Source: a virus (Duplodnaviria; Caudoviricetes). From it: 43,001 nucleotides of DNA. Under the pieces are notes generated by a model, which saw only the letters and a list, made by a program, of their open reading frames with translations, was not told where the DNA came from and did no database searches. Below, piece by piece: positions 27,500-36,295 of this stretch. How positions within the stretch are numbered: position 1 is the stretch's first letter; every line of letters starts with the position of its first letter. The position numbers were made by a program, and so were the translations under genes. The stretch is from positions 1 through 43,001 of IMG/VR virus record IMGVR_UViG_3300026825_000002; one strand, 5' to 3'.

Positions 27500-27799
27500 T
27501 CAGGCCTCCGGCGAGGGGCGCTTGACGCCCTCGATCACGATGCGCCGGGCGACATGGTCGGCGCCCTTGGAGGTGAGGCTCGCCACCCGCACGGTGCCGG
27601 CCTCGACGACGGCCACCGCGCCGAGATCGGCGAGCCAGCGCAGCTCCTCGTGCACCCACTCGCGGGTCTTGGTGATGCCGAACGACTCGAGGGCGAGGCG
27701 CAGCAGCTCGCTGTTGAGGCGCCGGTCCGCCTGCTCGTCGAGCGCGCGCAGGATGATGAGGCGCGCCTCCTCACGGATGAGCCGGTCCATCAGGTTCAT
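27500..27799 (-). CDS. Mu gp26-like winged-helix protein
   Basis: RLIILRAL...LRWLADLG...LTSKGADHV...GVKRPSP. Confidence 0.82.
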   Translation of the reverse strand: MNLMDRLIREEARLIILRALDEQADRRLNSELLRLALESFGITKTREWVHEELRWLADLGAVAVVEAGTVRVASLTSKGADHVARRIVIEGVKRPSPEA

Positions 27800-28125
27800 G
27801 ATCTGCCCTTCGCCTGTTCGAGGAAGAGTTCCTGCAGCCGCCGGCTGATTTCGGCGACGGGCTTGAGGCGCTCGGCCAGCACGCTGATGTCGCCCTGCAT
27901 CTCCTTGATGGCCAGCTCCATGCGGTGGGAGACGTCCTTGTCGGGCAGGTGGCGCATCTCACCTTCCAGGGTGATGAGCCGGTCCTCGATGTCGTCGATG
28001 CGCTTGTTGCTCGCGGCCAGCTGGTCGCGCGTCACGAACTTCGACGAGAGCAGGATCACCGCGATCGAGCCGAGGAGCGCCAGCGCCCCGCCGTAGGCCT
28101 GGATGAACGTCATCAGCTCGCTCAC
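27796..28125 (-). CDS. DUF2730-like membrane-anchored coiled-coil protein (Mu gp25 position)
   Basis: N-terminal TM helix, RLITLEGEMRHLP motif; 4-nt overlaps. Confidence 0.78.
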   Translation of the reverse strand: MSELMTFIQAYGGALALLGSIAVILLSSKFVTRDQLAASNKRIDDIEDRLITLEGEMRHLPDKDVSHRMELAIKEMQGDISVLAERLKPVAEISRRLQELFLEQAKGRS

Positions 28126-28400
28126 GGGGAGGCGCTCCCGTCGACAGCGGCGACGGCCGCGGCGCGCCGTTGCTCGCAAGCGCGCAGCTCGGCACGGTCG
28201 CGGCCCCACCAGCGCGTCACCTCGGCCGAGGTGATGCCGCGGTCGGGCAGCGGCACCGGCGCCGGGCACGGCTCGCGCACGGCGGGCGGCAGGCTTGGCC
28301 GCACCAGCTCCGTCCGGATCACGGGATCACCGGGCGCCGTTGAGCAGCCGGACGCGATCGCGCCCCAGGCCGCCATCATCGCCACCAGCAAGGGCCGCAT
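28122..28400 (-). CDS. o-spanin (Rz1-like lipoprotein)
   Basis: Lipobox-like IASG-C, Pro-rich PCPAPVPLP; overlaps the i-spanin 3' end. Confidence 0.85.
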   Translation of the reverse strand: MRPLLVAMMAAWGAIASGCSTAPGDPVIRTELVRPSLPPAVREPCPAPVPLPDRGITSAEVTRWWGRDRAELRACEQRRAAAVAAVDGSASP

Positions 28401-28719
28401 TTGCCTCCTCCAGCTCCTTCAAATCCGCTTCGAACTGCTGTTTCGCGTCGCGCAGAGACTTCTCGGCCTGCATGGCTGCCTCGACCTGCTGCAGGCGCAT
28501 GGCCGCGACCTTTGCGTTGGACGCTTCGATCTCGGCCCGCCAATGCGCATCCCGCGCCGCGCGCGCCTGCGTCGCCGCGTCGTTGACCAGGCGCTCGATC
28601 GCGGCCGTCGCCCGCCACGCGCCGAGGCCGGCGACAGCGAGGAGCGCCGCAACCGCGAGGGCGATGGCGCCCGCCCGGCCGAGGCGCTGCGCGAAATAGG
28701 TGCCGATGGCGGCGATCAT
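28327..28719 (-). CDS. i-spanin (Rz-like)
   Basis: N-terminal TM helix followed by Ala-rich coiled coil; lysis cassette position. Confidence 0.82.
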   Translation of the reverse strand: MIAAIGTYFAQRLGRAGAIALAVAALLAVAGLGAWRATAAIERLVNDAATQARAARDAHWRAEIEASNAKVAAMRLQQVEAAMQAEKSLRDAKQQFEADLKELEEANAALAGGDDGGLGRDRVRLLNGAR

Positions 28720-29006
28720 GGCTGTTGCTCCCGGTCGTGGCGGCCGAAGTCGATCCTGTCGTCGCGGTCGTAGGGCGGCCGGCCGCGCCGGCCGGCGCCC
28801 AGCTGGCCGCGCAGGTCGAGATGGCCGACGCCCTGGTAGACGCCGAGGGTCGCGGCGATCAGCATCATCATGGGCGGCACCACGGCCTCGGCCATGCGAT
28901 CGCCGAGCCACATCGCCCAGGCGATGCACGTCCACGCCGGCACGAGCGTGCCGATCGTCAGCCCGCGCGTGAAATGGCGCTTCGGCTTGATGAGCCCTTC
29001 GCTCAT
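28716..29006 (-). CDS. Putative holin (2 TM)
   Basis: Two hydrophobic segments and a charged C-terminus; between endolysin and spanins. Confidence 0.7.
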   Translation of the reverse strand: MSEGLIKPKRHFTRGLTIGTLVPAWTCIAWAMWLGDRMAEAVVPPMMMLIAATLGVYQGVGHLDLRGQLGAGRRGRPPYDRDDRIDFGRHDREQQP

Positions 29007-29857
29007 GCGTCGCCACCGTGACGCTGCAGGAAGAGGGCATCAGCAATCGCGCGGCGGGTCGCTGCGTCGACGATGCCAGTGGCGGAGAGATTTGCGCGCC
29101 GCTGGAACGCCGCCACGACGGCCGCCGTGCGCGGGCCGAACTGTCCGTCGATGCCGGTCTCGATGCCGAGCTCGACCATCTCGGCCTGGAGCAGACGCAC
29201 GTCGACACCGGCGCAGCCCGACCGCAGGGTGCGCACGGGCAGCTCGCCGGGCAGGAAGATGGCACGGGCGATGGCGGTGAGCTGGCGGCGATCGTCGAGC
29301 CCATTGGTGCCGCCGTTGATGCGGCGCGTGACCGCGACGACGTCGTCGGCATCCGCGGCCTCGCGACAGCCGGCCTCGGCGAAGAACGATGCTGCCAGCC
29401 GGAACGCGATGCCGGGCTCGGCCGCGAGGTCGGGGTCCTCTTCAAGGTCCACACCGATCCTGCGGCCGTAGTGGCGGTAGTTGGCCCGGCCGGTGAGGCC
29501 GATGAGCCCGCGCCCGCGGAACGCCCAGCCGTCGTCGGGATCCACATTGCCCATCCGGCCGCCGTAGACGCGGTTCGCAAGCGCCCGCGGATTGCGGGCG
29601 AAGGGCGTGGCCGACGCGAGGGTCGGAAAGCGCTTGGGCCACACTTCCATGAGGCGCGGTGCGCTGTAGCTGAGATCTTCCTCCAGCCGCGTGAGGCCGC
29701 GGCTCTCGTGTGCCGTCTGCGGCAGGAAGTGCGCCAGCCGCAGCGGGGTGTCGATGCGCGTGCTGGTCAGCACATGGGCGCCGTCGCGCACCATGACGGC
29801 GACGACGTCGTCGCGGGCGTTCGGCGCAAGCGCCCTGATCTGGCTCTCGTGAATCAC
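29003..29857 (-). CDS. Endolysin: GH19 catalytic domain plus C-terminal peptidoglycan-binding domain
   Basis: [37 protein letters not shown]; [14 protein letters not shown]. Confidence 0.93.
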   Translation of the reverse strand: MIHESQIRALAPNARDDVVAVMVRDGAHVLTSTRIDTPLRLAHFLPQTAHESRGLTRLEEDLSYSAPRLMEVWPKRFPTLASATPFARNPRALANRVYGGRMGNVDPDDGWAFRGRGLIGLTGRANYRHYGRRIGVDLEEDPDLAAEPGIAFRLAASFFAEAGCREAADADDVVAVTRRINGGTNGLDDRRQLTAIARAIFLPGELPVRTLRSGCAGVDVRLLQAEMVELGIETGIDGQFGPRTAAVVAAFQRRANLSATGIVDAATRRAIADALFLQRHGGDA

Positions 29858-29930
29858 GTGGCCCCCGGCTCGAGTTCGGATGTCTCGGCGAGGCCTGATT
29901 GACAGAGCGTCCGGCCTCGGGATGATGGAG

Positions 29931-29980
29931 ACGATCCCGAAAACGGTGCTGGAAGCGGCCCCGGACGCGCGTCCGGGGCA
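29931..29980 (-). promoter_or_regulatory. Putative late promoter (Mu P_lys equivalent)
   Basis: GGCCCCGGACGCGCGTCCGGGGCA (29957-29980), 20-nt spacer, -10 GATCGT. Confidence 0.75.
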
Positions 29981-30089
29981 CAGTCGTCGGCTCCCCTAAA
30001 AACCGGGCGCTGGAGCTGGCTGAAATGCTACTCTTGTTCGCGCCGACTCAAGGGTGCCTCGTGTGTGACTGCAATCGGGGGGTAAGGGC

Positions 30090-30698
30090 GTGGTCGACGC
30101 AAAGTGGCTTGACGCGATTAAGCTTCCGCTGCCGCATACGATAGCAATTGCTCTGGCATGTATTGCTCTCATCGGCGGCGATGCGATTGAGCTCTATGAC
30201 CTCCGCGACGCGGGAGGGTTTGTCAGGCCTATCATCATCATTGTGGGTGTGCTCTTCACGTTTCTATCGATAGCGGGGGGCATCAACATTTTGATGGAAC
30301 CGGTTAGGCAACGTCGACGGCAATCGCAATTGGCGATGCGGCGAGCGCTCCGAAAGAACGAGGAGGCGCAGGAGCGAGTTGCCGCACGCGCCAAAATCCT
30401 TGCCCGACTCGATCACCTTTCCGCGCAGGAGATAGCGATTGTCGCCAAAGCCCTGAACAGCGGCTCGCCCTCGATCTACACTTGGGTCCAAAATCCAGCG
30501 GTCGCGATGCTGATGGCAAAAGGCATGGTGTGGACACCCGGTGGGACACACCTTGGAGATCATTATCCTTTCTCATTCAATGATTTTGTTTGGGAGGAAC
30601 TGCAGCGCCGCAAGGCCGAGTTCCTCAATAAGCACGAGGAACATGAACGTGCCGAAGAGGAGCGCAAGAAAGCCGAAAGCCGCCGTCGAGGATGGTGA
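30090..30698 (+). CDS. sieB: Superinfection exclusion B-like membrane protein
   Basis: Two N-terminal TM helices, then LDHLSAQEIAIV...NPAVAMLMAKGMV...FVWEEL pattern typical of the SieB family; lower GC; antisense orientation. Confidence 0.65.
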   Translation: MVDAKWLDAIKLPLPHTIAIALACIALIGGDAIELYDLRDAGGFVRPIIIIVGVLFTFLSIAGGINILMEPVRQRRRQSQLAMRRALRKNEEAQERVAARAKILARLDHLSAQEIAIVAKALNSGSPSIYTWVQNPAVAMLMAKGMVWTPGGTHLGDHYPFSFNDFVWEELQRRKAEFLNKHEEHERAEEERKKAESRRRGW

Positions 30699-30708
30699 TT
30701 GAGACGTC

Positions 30709-31122
30709 CTAGAACAGCGATTGCTGGCCGTCGCCATCATCTCGCGTTCGAGCTCTGAAGCGCCGCGCTGAGCGGTTTGTGACGCCGGCCGCACGAGCGA
30801 TCTCATTGGCTGACGCGCCGGCTGCCAACGCATCGGCCATCGCTCGCGCCCGGCGGCGGCGCTCGGCGAGATAGGAACCGGTGGGACCAAGCGGAACCGT
30901 CACCTTCAGACGCGCCCGCCCGCTGCAGAAATGATCGCTGATGAGGCGCGCCTTCTCCATGCCGACTGCCTGGACGAGCCAGTTGTCCGGCTTGAGACGC
31001 GCTACAATGAACACCTCCTGGCCGCCCTTCGCCTCGGCGATCGCGAGGGCGGCGCTGATGCCGGCGACCTCCGCGATCTCTGACAACAGCAAGGGAAGAT
31101 CGGGCCAGCCGGGACGTGTCAT
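30709..31122 (-). CDS. Mor/C-family late transcription activator
   Basis: LSEIAEVAGISAALAIAEAKGGQEVFI dimerisation motif, C-terminal HTH; last gene before lysis. Confidence 0.85.
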   Translation of the reverse strand: MTRPGWPDLPLLLSEIAEVAGISAALAIAEAKGGQEVFIVARLKPDNWLVQAVGMEKARLISDHFCSGRARLKVTVPLGPTGSYLAERRRRARAMADALAAGASANEIARAAGVTNRSARRFRARTRDDGDGQQSLF

Positions 31123-31682
31123 GCCGCCTCCTGGTCGAACTTGCCCGCCTCGTTGCCCCACGCCGACCAGCCCGGCCGGCTCTGACGCGAAAACAGGTCG
31201 AGCTTGCCGATGGCCGGCACATGCGCGTCGACGAGGCGGTAGAACTCCTCGGGCTTGCGGGAGTGCTGGCGGGCGACACCCGCGAAATAGCTCGGAAACG
31301 GCCGGTGGGCCGGCGAGCCCATGACGCCGAGGAGGACCGGCTCGTGCATGGTGCGCACCCGGTAGCCGGTGCCCATGCGTGTCTTGCCGTTGCGCGTGAC
31401 CTTGTGCCAGACGATCTCGGATACGAACCGAAAACCCCACGCCTGCATGACGCTGAGCGCCTGCGGTAACATGCATCCTGTCGCCCACAAGAGCAGCAGG
31501 CAGTCGCCGCGGGCGAGTTGACCGACCGGCAGGCGCTCGATCTCGTCGAGCGACATGACGCAATAATGCGGATCCGCACCCTTCTTCGTGCCGGCCTGTG
31601 ACCAGTTCTCGAAGTCCCAGGGCGGATCGGCGACGATCACATCCATGGACAGGGGACGAAGCTCTCCGAACGGCCAGCTCAT
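31119..31682 (-). CDS. MT-A70-family adenine methyltransferase
   Basis: VIVADPPW, LLLWAT, WGF, MGTGY...E, HSRKPEEFY, DLFSR...GW..WGNE. Confidence 0.93.
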   Translation of the reverse strand: MSWPFGELRPLSMDVIVADPPWDFENWSQAGTKKGADPHYCVMSLDEIERLPVGQLARGDCLLLLWATGCMLPQALSVMQAWGFRFVSEIVWHKVTRNGKTRMGTGYRVRTMHEPVLLGVMGSPAHRPFPSYFAGVARQHSRKPEEFYRLVDAHVPAIGKLDLFSRQSRPGWSAWGNEAGKFDQEAA

Positions 31683-32287
31683 TTGCGCCCCCTGCGCCGG
31701 CGGATCAGACGACCGTATTCCGCGATGGTGGCGTCCAGTTGCTCGGCGGCGACATTGACGACAGGCAATTCGAGGTCGGCACAGCCGGCGAGGAGGCGCG
31801 CCTGGGCGCGCAGCACGCCGCGCTTGGCACCGATCACGTCCGAGCGATCCCCCGGCCAAGCAACGCGGGCCTCGCGGGCGAGCCACGCCTTGAGGGCTTC
31901 AATGGCCTTTGAAGCCTCCTTCGGATCCGTGAGAAAGCGGGTGTGCGTCACCCCCGTCTGCCGCTGGACGAAGGCGAGCAGCGCCCGGTCATCCCGCTCG
32001 GCAACGACGCCGAGTTGCCAGCCGGAGATCCACAGCGCCCGCAGCTTGCCAGCGTAGATGCCGGAGACCGTCGCGGCTGGGGAGCGGCGCGGGGCGCGGG
32101 CATTCAGCTCGTCGATCAGACGGGCCGCGGCCGTGCGGCTCAACTCGGTGGTGGAGAAGACGCCGGCGCGCGAATCGAGCCACGCGCGATAGTCCTCATC
32201 TGTCATGCCGGCCTTGCGGCGGGCCGCTTGGAGCGCGCAGATCTGCGCGGGCGTCACGCGTTCGTTCGAAGGGGCGACTTTCGTCAT
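31679..32287 (-). CDS. gemA: GemA / DUF1018 family protein
   Basis: ARRKAGMTDEDYRAWL...STTELS, KLRALW, ALLAFVQRQTG, AIEALKAW. Confidence 0.88.
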   Translation of the reverse strand: MTKVAPSNERVTPAQICALQAARRKAGMTDEDYRAWLDSRAGVFSTTELSRTAAARLIDELNARAPRRSPAATVSGIYAGKLRALWISGWQLGVVAERDDRALLAFVQRQTGVTHTRFLTDPKEASKAIEALKAWLAREARVAWPGDRSDVIGAKRGVLRAQARLLAGCADLELPVVNVAAEQLDATIAEYGRLIRRRRGRK

Positions 32288-32508
32288 GGCAATGGCCTCG
32301 CATTGAGGGCGACCTCGGCTGCGACGAGCTGGAGGGTCAGCTGCTCGAGTCGCGCCTGCAGGACGATCCGGCGGTGGCAATGGAGAGGGAGGCGGGCAAC
32401 GCGCTGCCGCAGCTGCTCGCGCTCGAAGCGCATCTGTTCGATCTGCCGCAGCTCATCCCACACGAGCAACGGCGGCGGTGCGGAGGGGCGAGCGGCAGCG
32501 CGGGGCAT
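32284..32508 (-). CDS. Hypothetical protein (74 aa)
   Basis: Coupled overlaps on both sides; helical. Confidence 0.65.
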   Translation of the reverse strand: MPRAAARPSAPPPLLVWDELRQIEQMRFEREQLRQRVARLPLHCHRRIVLQARLEQLTLQLVAAEVALNARPLP

Positions 32509-32870
32509 CAGGCCGGCTCCCGGGGCGGATACGCCCGGTTCCAGGCCTCGTCGGCTCGCTGCTCGCATCGCTCGTAGGCGCGCCAATGCCGGGCCATCGC
32601 CTCGTTGGCTTTCACGTAAGCGGAGTCGGCGGCAAGGCGCGTGCGGGCAGATCGGGCCGTTGAACGCTTGTCATGCGCAGCGTTCCGCCGGTTGCCGGCC
32701 TCAACGTAGCGGTCGAACTCCTTACTCGCTCGCCGGCGGAATGCCTGGGATCGCGCCCACCAGAGATCGGCCTCCCTCACGAGCCAAGGATTGGCCTCGA
32801 CCAGTATGTCGAAGAGGATGCTGCGCTCCTCCTGGTCGAGGTCGGCGAGCGTGATGGTGGCGGCACTCAT
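32508..32870 (-). CDS. Hypothetical protein (120 aa)
   Basis: GGAGA SD before ATG 32870; TGATG overlap downstream. Confidence 0.65.
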   Translation of the reverse strand: MSAATITLADLDQEERSILFDILVEANPWLVREADLWWARSQAFRRRASKEFDRYVEAGNRRNAAHDKRSTARSARTRLAADSAYVKANEAMARHWRAYERCEQRADEAWNRAYPPREPA

Positions 32871-33520
32871 GACCGTTCTCCCAATGTGCTCGGAACGGGC
32901 GAATCCGTTATGTTTTCGAGAGCTTCCGGGGAGAGGGCTGGATGGACATCGACTTCGATCAGGCTGTCGCGACGGTCTCGCGCACGGCTGATACCGTGAC
33001 CAAACTTGCGCAAGCCGTTGGTTCCCTGCGCCAACTCTTGGTGCCGGCAGGCCGCAAGCAGGCCGTGCATGACGGCGCGGCGCTGGTGGAAACGGTCGAT
33101 CTTGTGCTTCAGACGCAGCAGCTCGTTCTCGCGCTGCAGGGCGAGATAGCGGCGCTGGCACAACGTTGTCGTGAACTTGAAGGCGAGAATCGCCGCCTGA
33201 CCGAGTTTCAGGCAAAGGAAGAGGACTACGAGCTTCGCGCGCTCGCGCCGCATTCCTATGCCTATGCCCGCAAGACGGCGGGAGGCAATTCCGAGGCCGG
33301 TCCCTACCTTTGTGCAAACTGCTTCCAACAAGCCAATAAGGCGTATCTGCAGCTTGCGAAGCGGCAGTTCGGCATGGATGAACTCGTGTGCCCGCGCTGC
33401 GGCGCCCGCACGCATGCCGCCAATGACCTCCGTGCGGACGTGATCACGATCCCCCGCGAAAGGGGAGGCCTCGACGACTGGTGAACGCCGGCGCGAGACC
33501 TCGGCGGGATCGGGGTTCAT
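32867..33520 (-). CDS. Possible bridge ORF antisense to 32942-33484
   Basis: ATGA overlaps at both ends; protein not recognisable. Confidence 0.3.
   Translation of the reverse strand: MNPDPAEVSRRRSPVVEASPFAGDRDHVRTEVIGGMRAGAAARAHEFIHAELPLRKLQIRLIGLLEAVCTKVGTGLGIASRRLAGIGIGMRRERAKLVVLFLCLKLGQAAILAFKFTTTLCQRRYLALQRENELLRLKHKIDRFHQRRAVMHGLLAACRHQELAQGTNGLRKFGHGISRARDRRDSLIEVDVHPALSPEALENITDSPVPSTLGERS
32942..33484 (+). CDS. Coiled-coil plus C-terminal Zn-ribbon protein, antisense cargo gene
   Basis: YLCANCF...VCPRCG; GGAGAGGG SD; TATGTT -10-like box upstream. Confidence 0.8.
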   Translation: MDIDFDQAVATVSRTADTVTKLAQAVGSLRQLLVPAGRKQAVHDGAALVETVDLVLQTQQLVLALQGEIAALAQRCRELEGENRRLTEFQAKEEDYELRALAPHSYAYARKTAGGNSEAGPYLCANCFQQANKAYLQLAKRQFGMDELVCPRCGARTHAANDLRADVITIPRERGGLDDW

Positions 33521-33798
33521 TTTTGACCTCCGGCGGCTTCATCGATCTGCCGGAGGATCTTGCGCCCTCTTTCGGTGATGGAAGCGGCGCCGCAGCATCC
33601 GCCATCGTCCCTCTTCGCGAGCCACTGGTTCTCCAGCGCCTCGATCGTCCTGTTGCGGATCACCGCGCCATCGGCCTCATAGCCGATGCGGTTGCGAAGG
33701 AGCCTGCGTCTGGCAAGCGCGCGCAGCGCAATGACCTGAGCATCGGAGAGGCGCGGCTCGCCATAGAGACAGCGGCGCTTGTCGAGACGTTCCTTCAT
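33517..33798 (-). CDS. Hypothetical winged-helix-like protein
   Basis: LSDAQVIALRAL...TIEALE...ITERGRKIL. Confidence 0.7.
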   Translation of the reverse strand: MKERLDKRRCLYGEPRLSDAQVIALRALARRRLLRNRIGYEADGAVIRNRTIEALENQWLAKRDDGGCCGAASITERGRKILRQIDEAAGGQK

Positions 33799-33801
33799 GA
33801 C

Positions 33802-34053
33802 TCACATCCCCAATGCCTGCATGTAGAGTTCGAGGATGGCTTCCTCTTCCTGCCGTTCCTCGGGCGAGCGCTTGCGCATGGCGATCAGCTTTCGGATGGC
33901 GGCAGCATCGAAGCCGCGGCCCTTGGCCTCGCCGTAGATCTCCTTGATGTCGCCGGCGATGGCGGCCCGCTCTTCCTCCAACCGCTCGATGCGCTCGATG
34001 AACTGCTTCAGCTCCTCAGCGGCCACGCCGCTGTCTGCAACGTCGCTGGTCAC
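33802..34053 (-). CDS. gapR: GapR / DUF2312 nucleoid-associated protein
   Basis: [14 protein letters not shown]...[15 protein letters not shown]...[15 protein letters not shown]. Confidence 0.95.
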   Translation of the reverse strand: MTSDVADSGVAAEELKQFIERIERLEEERAAIAGDIKEIYGEAKGRGFDAAAIRKLIAMRKRSPEERQEEEAILELYMQALGM

Positions 34054-34937
34054 TCCGGTGCCTCCTGTTCGCTGATGAGTTGCTTGAGCCGGGCCTTGGC
34101 ATCGCCGGACAGGTAGAACTCGCCGCCGCGCCGGTTGAGGATATCGAAGCCGAGTGCCTGCACGCGCGCCCGCATCCTTGAGATGAAGACGTCGATGATC
34201 TTCTCGTCCCGCTCGTCCTCGCCCTTGGCAGGGTCATGCGTGGCGACGAGGAGGCCGTAGCGATTGACCTGTTCGCGCCGGAGCAGCACCTCCAAGATGG
34301 CGGCCTCGGCCGGGGCGAACGACTGGCCCCCGATCCGTCGCGGAAAGGTCGGGGTCAGCCCGAGAAGGGCGCGCATGTGCGTGTCCTCTTCGCCCCGGCC
34401 GGCGAGGGCGGAGCGCTCCGGCGGCGGATCGCCCATCAGCTCGGCCGTCACCGTCTCGGCCGGGCGCCGCACCGGGGGCCGGGGCAGACGCGGCAGTTCC
34501 GCCGGCGCCAGCGGCTTCGGCGTCGCCGGGACAGGGGCGGACCGCAGGAACGCTTGCGGCATCTCCACGAGGATCTGCCTACCTATCGCATCGACGTAGA
34601 ACTCCGGCTCCGCAGGCTCGCTGCCAGCAAACACCCCCGGTGGCAACGGGCAGCGAATTAGGCGCCTGTCGCCCCTGCCGGACGGGACCGCCTCATATGC
34701 CCCGCGATCGTCCGCCTTGACCCGTAGCAGTCCCTTCGCTGCCGCGAACTGGATCGCGAAGCGGCCACCGCCGATCTCGCTCTCCAGATCCGACGACATG
34801 TTGAGCTGCAGGCGTGGCGACTGGCGGTTCTTGCGGCCGAACAGCTTGACGGAGATGACGAGCGGCGCCGGCCCTGCAGGCCGCGCCGGCAAGACGTCGA
34901 CGAAATCGGCGTCTGAGATGTCGCTGAAAATCGACAT
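34050..34937 (-). CDS. Protein with C-terminal CtrA/OmpR-type winged-helix domain
   Basis: EAAILEVLL...[14 protein letters not shown] resembles CtrA KIIDVFICKLRKKL; no receiver domain; AAGGAGG SD. Confidence 0.75.
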   Translation of the reverse strand: MSIFSDISDADFVDVLPARPAGPAPLVISVKLFGRKNRQSPRLQLNMSSDLESEIGGGRFAIQFAAAKGLLRVKADDRGAYEAVPSGRGDRRLIRCPLPPGVFAGSEPAEPEFYVDAIGRQILVEMPQAFLRSAPVPATPKPLAPAELPRLPRPPVRRPAETVTAELMGDPPPERSALAGRGEEDTHMRALLGLTPTFPRRIGGQSFAPAEAAILEVLLRREQVNRYGLLVATHDPAKGEDERDEKIIDVFISRMRARVQALGFDILNRRGGEFYLSGDAKARLKQLISEQEAPE

Positions 34938-34948
34938 TGAAGCCTCCT

Positions 34949-35236
34949 TCACGCAGCGAGCTGGCGGGCGAGATCGAGCGCGGCTTCCGTCACGGTCAGG
35001 TGCCGGCCGGCTTTCTCCAGCGACTGGCGATGGCGCCGGGCATCGCGCCACGCCTCGCGCGCCGCCTCGGCGTCGTCGAAGACGAGCGCGGGATCGACGA
35101 GGCGCGGCATGCGGGCACCCTGGATGCGCACCTTGCAGCGCGTGCCGCCGCGGTAGTCGAGGCGCGCCATGAGCCCGGCCTGCCGGATGCCCATGGCCTG
35201 GATGACGAAGACCTTCTGCATCGCAGCCTCCGTCAT
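34949..35236 (-). CDS. Hypothetical protein (95 aa)
   Basis: ATGA overlap with DUF3164 gene. Confidence 0.6.
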   Translation of the reverse strand: MTEAAMQKVFVIQAMGIRQAGLMARLDYRGGTRCKVRIQGARMPRLVDPALVFDDAEAAREAWRDARRHRQSLEKAGRHLTVTEAALDLARQLAA

Positions 35237-35877
35237 GCTCTCGCGAGGTCGATGGTCACCGGCCGCCATTCCGCGTCGTGCCGGTCGCGCTCGTAGCAGC
35301 GCACATAGGTCTTGGAGCCGATGACCCGCATGGCGTCGCGGATCGCCTCCATGGCCCGCTGCCAACGCTCGTCCTCGATGTCGAGGCGCAGGAGCATGAA
35401 GATCTCGGCGCGGTTGATCTGGCCCGCCTTGTCCGTGTTGAAGGCGCGGGTGACGATGGCGCGGATCTCGGGTCGGCTGTCGGCCGACCACTCCATCAGG
35501 CACTCGTCGATCAGCTCCTTGGCGTGCTGGAGCTGCGGCCCGAAGTCGATGTTGTCCTGGACCTGCACCTGCACCTTCAAGAGGCCGTCGAAGGTGGTGA
35601 AGGTTTTGTTGCCCTTCGCCCCACCTTTGCTGGTGCCGTACTCCTGCGCGAGGATGGCTTCGAAGGCGCCGAGATCGTCGAAGGTGTGCTGCTTGAAGCG
35701 GCTGATCTGCGCCGACAGGGCCTTGGCATAGCCCATCACCTTGCGGACGGTCTCGTCCTCCAGCTTGTCGGCCGGCTTTATGGTGTCGACCGGCACGAGA
35801 TTGCCCTTGGCGTCGGGCATGTAGATCTTGCCGTGCACCTCGACGGTGCCGGGCTCAAGGACCGCAGGCTCAGACAT
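35233..35877 (-). CDS. DUF3164 family protein
   Basis: YMPDAKGNLVP..IKPADKLED, GGAKGNKTFTTFDG, WQRAMEAIRDA...SKTYVRCYER. Confidence 0.9.
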   Translation of the reverse strand: MSEPAVLEPGTVEVHGKIYMPDAKGNLVPVDTIKPADKLEDETVRKVMGYAKALSAQISRFKQHTFDDLGAFEAILAQEYGTSKGGAKGNKTFTTFDGLLKVQVQVQDNIDFGPQLQHAKELIDECLMEWSADSRPEIRAIVTRAFNTDKAGQINRAEIFMLLRLDIEDERWQRAMEAIRDAMRVIGSKTYVRCYERDRHDAEWRPVTIDLARA

Positions 35878-36295
35878 TGTGATCTCCGTTGGGAAGGGCG
35901 CGGGCGTTGTCGGCCGACGCGTGAGGGCATTTCCGGCAGGCGTGAAAGAGGCGCGCGCGCAGTGACGAGGTCGCGCGGAAGGGTTGCTTCTGCTCGTCGA
36001 GACAGCGGTCGCGGCCGATATCGCCGAGCACGGGGCACACGACGGTCGCCCCCATGAGCGCGCCGCGGACCACCTCCTCGACACGGGCGACGTTGCCGCG
36101 ATAGGTGCCGGAGATGATGTTGCTGAGGACGGCCGGGCTGTAGTTGATGCGCTTGGCCGTCACGGCGCCCGATGTGCGCGTCATCTCCTGGGCGAGCACG
36201 AGCACCCAGTCCGGCAGTTCTTCGCCCCAGGTTGCGCGCGCCTTGGCGACGTAGTCGATGCCGGCGGCCATGCCGGGCAGAGGTCCGCGGTTCAC
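35870..36295 (-). CDS. HTH protein with Cys cluster
   Basis: AKRINYSPAVLSNIISGTY; CPVLG...C...C..C. Confidence 0.75.
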   Translation of the reverse strand: MNRGPLPGMAAGIDYVAKARATWGEELPDWVLVLAQEMTRTSGAVTAKRINYSPAVLSNIISGTYRGNVARVEEVVRGALMGATVVCPVLGDIGRDRCLDEQKQPFRATSSLRARLFHACRKCPHASADNARALPNGDHNV

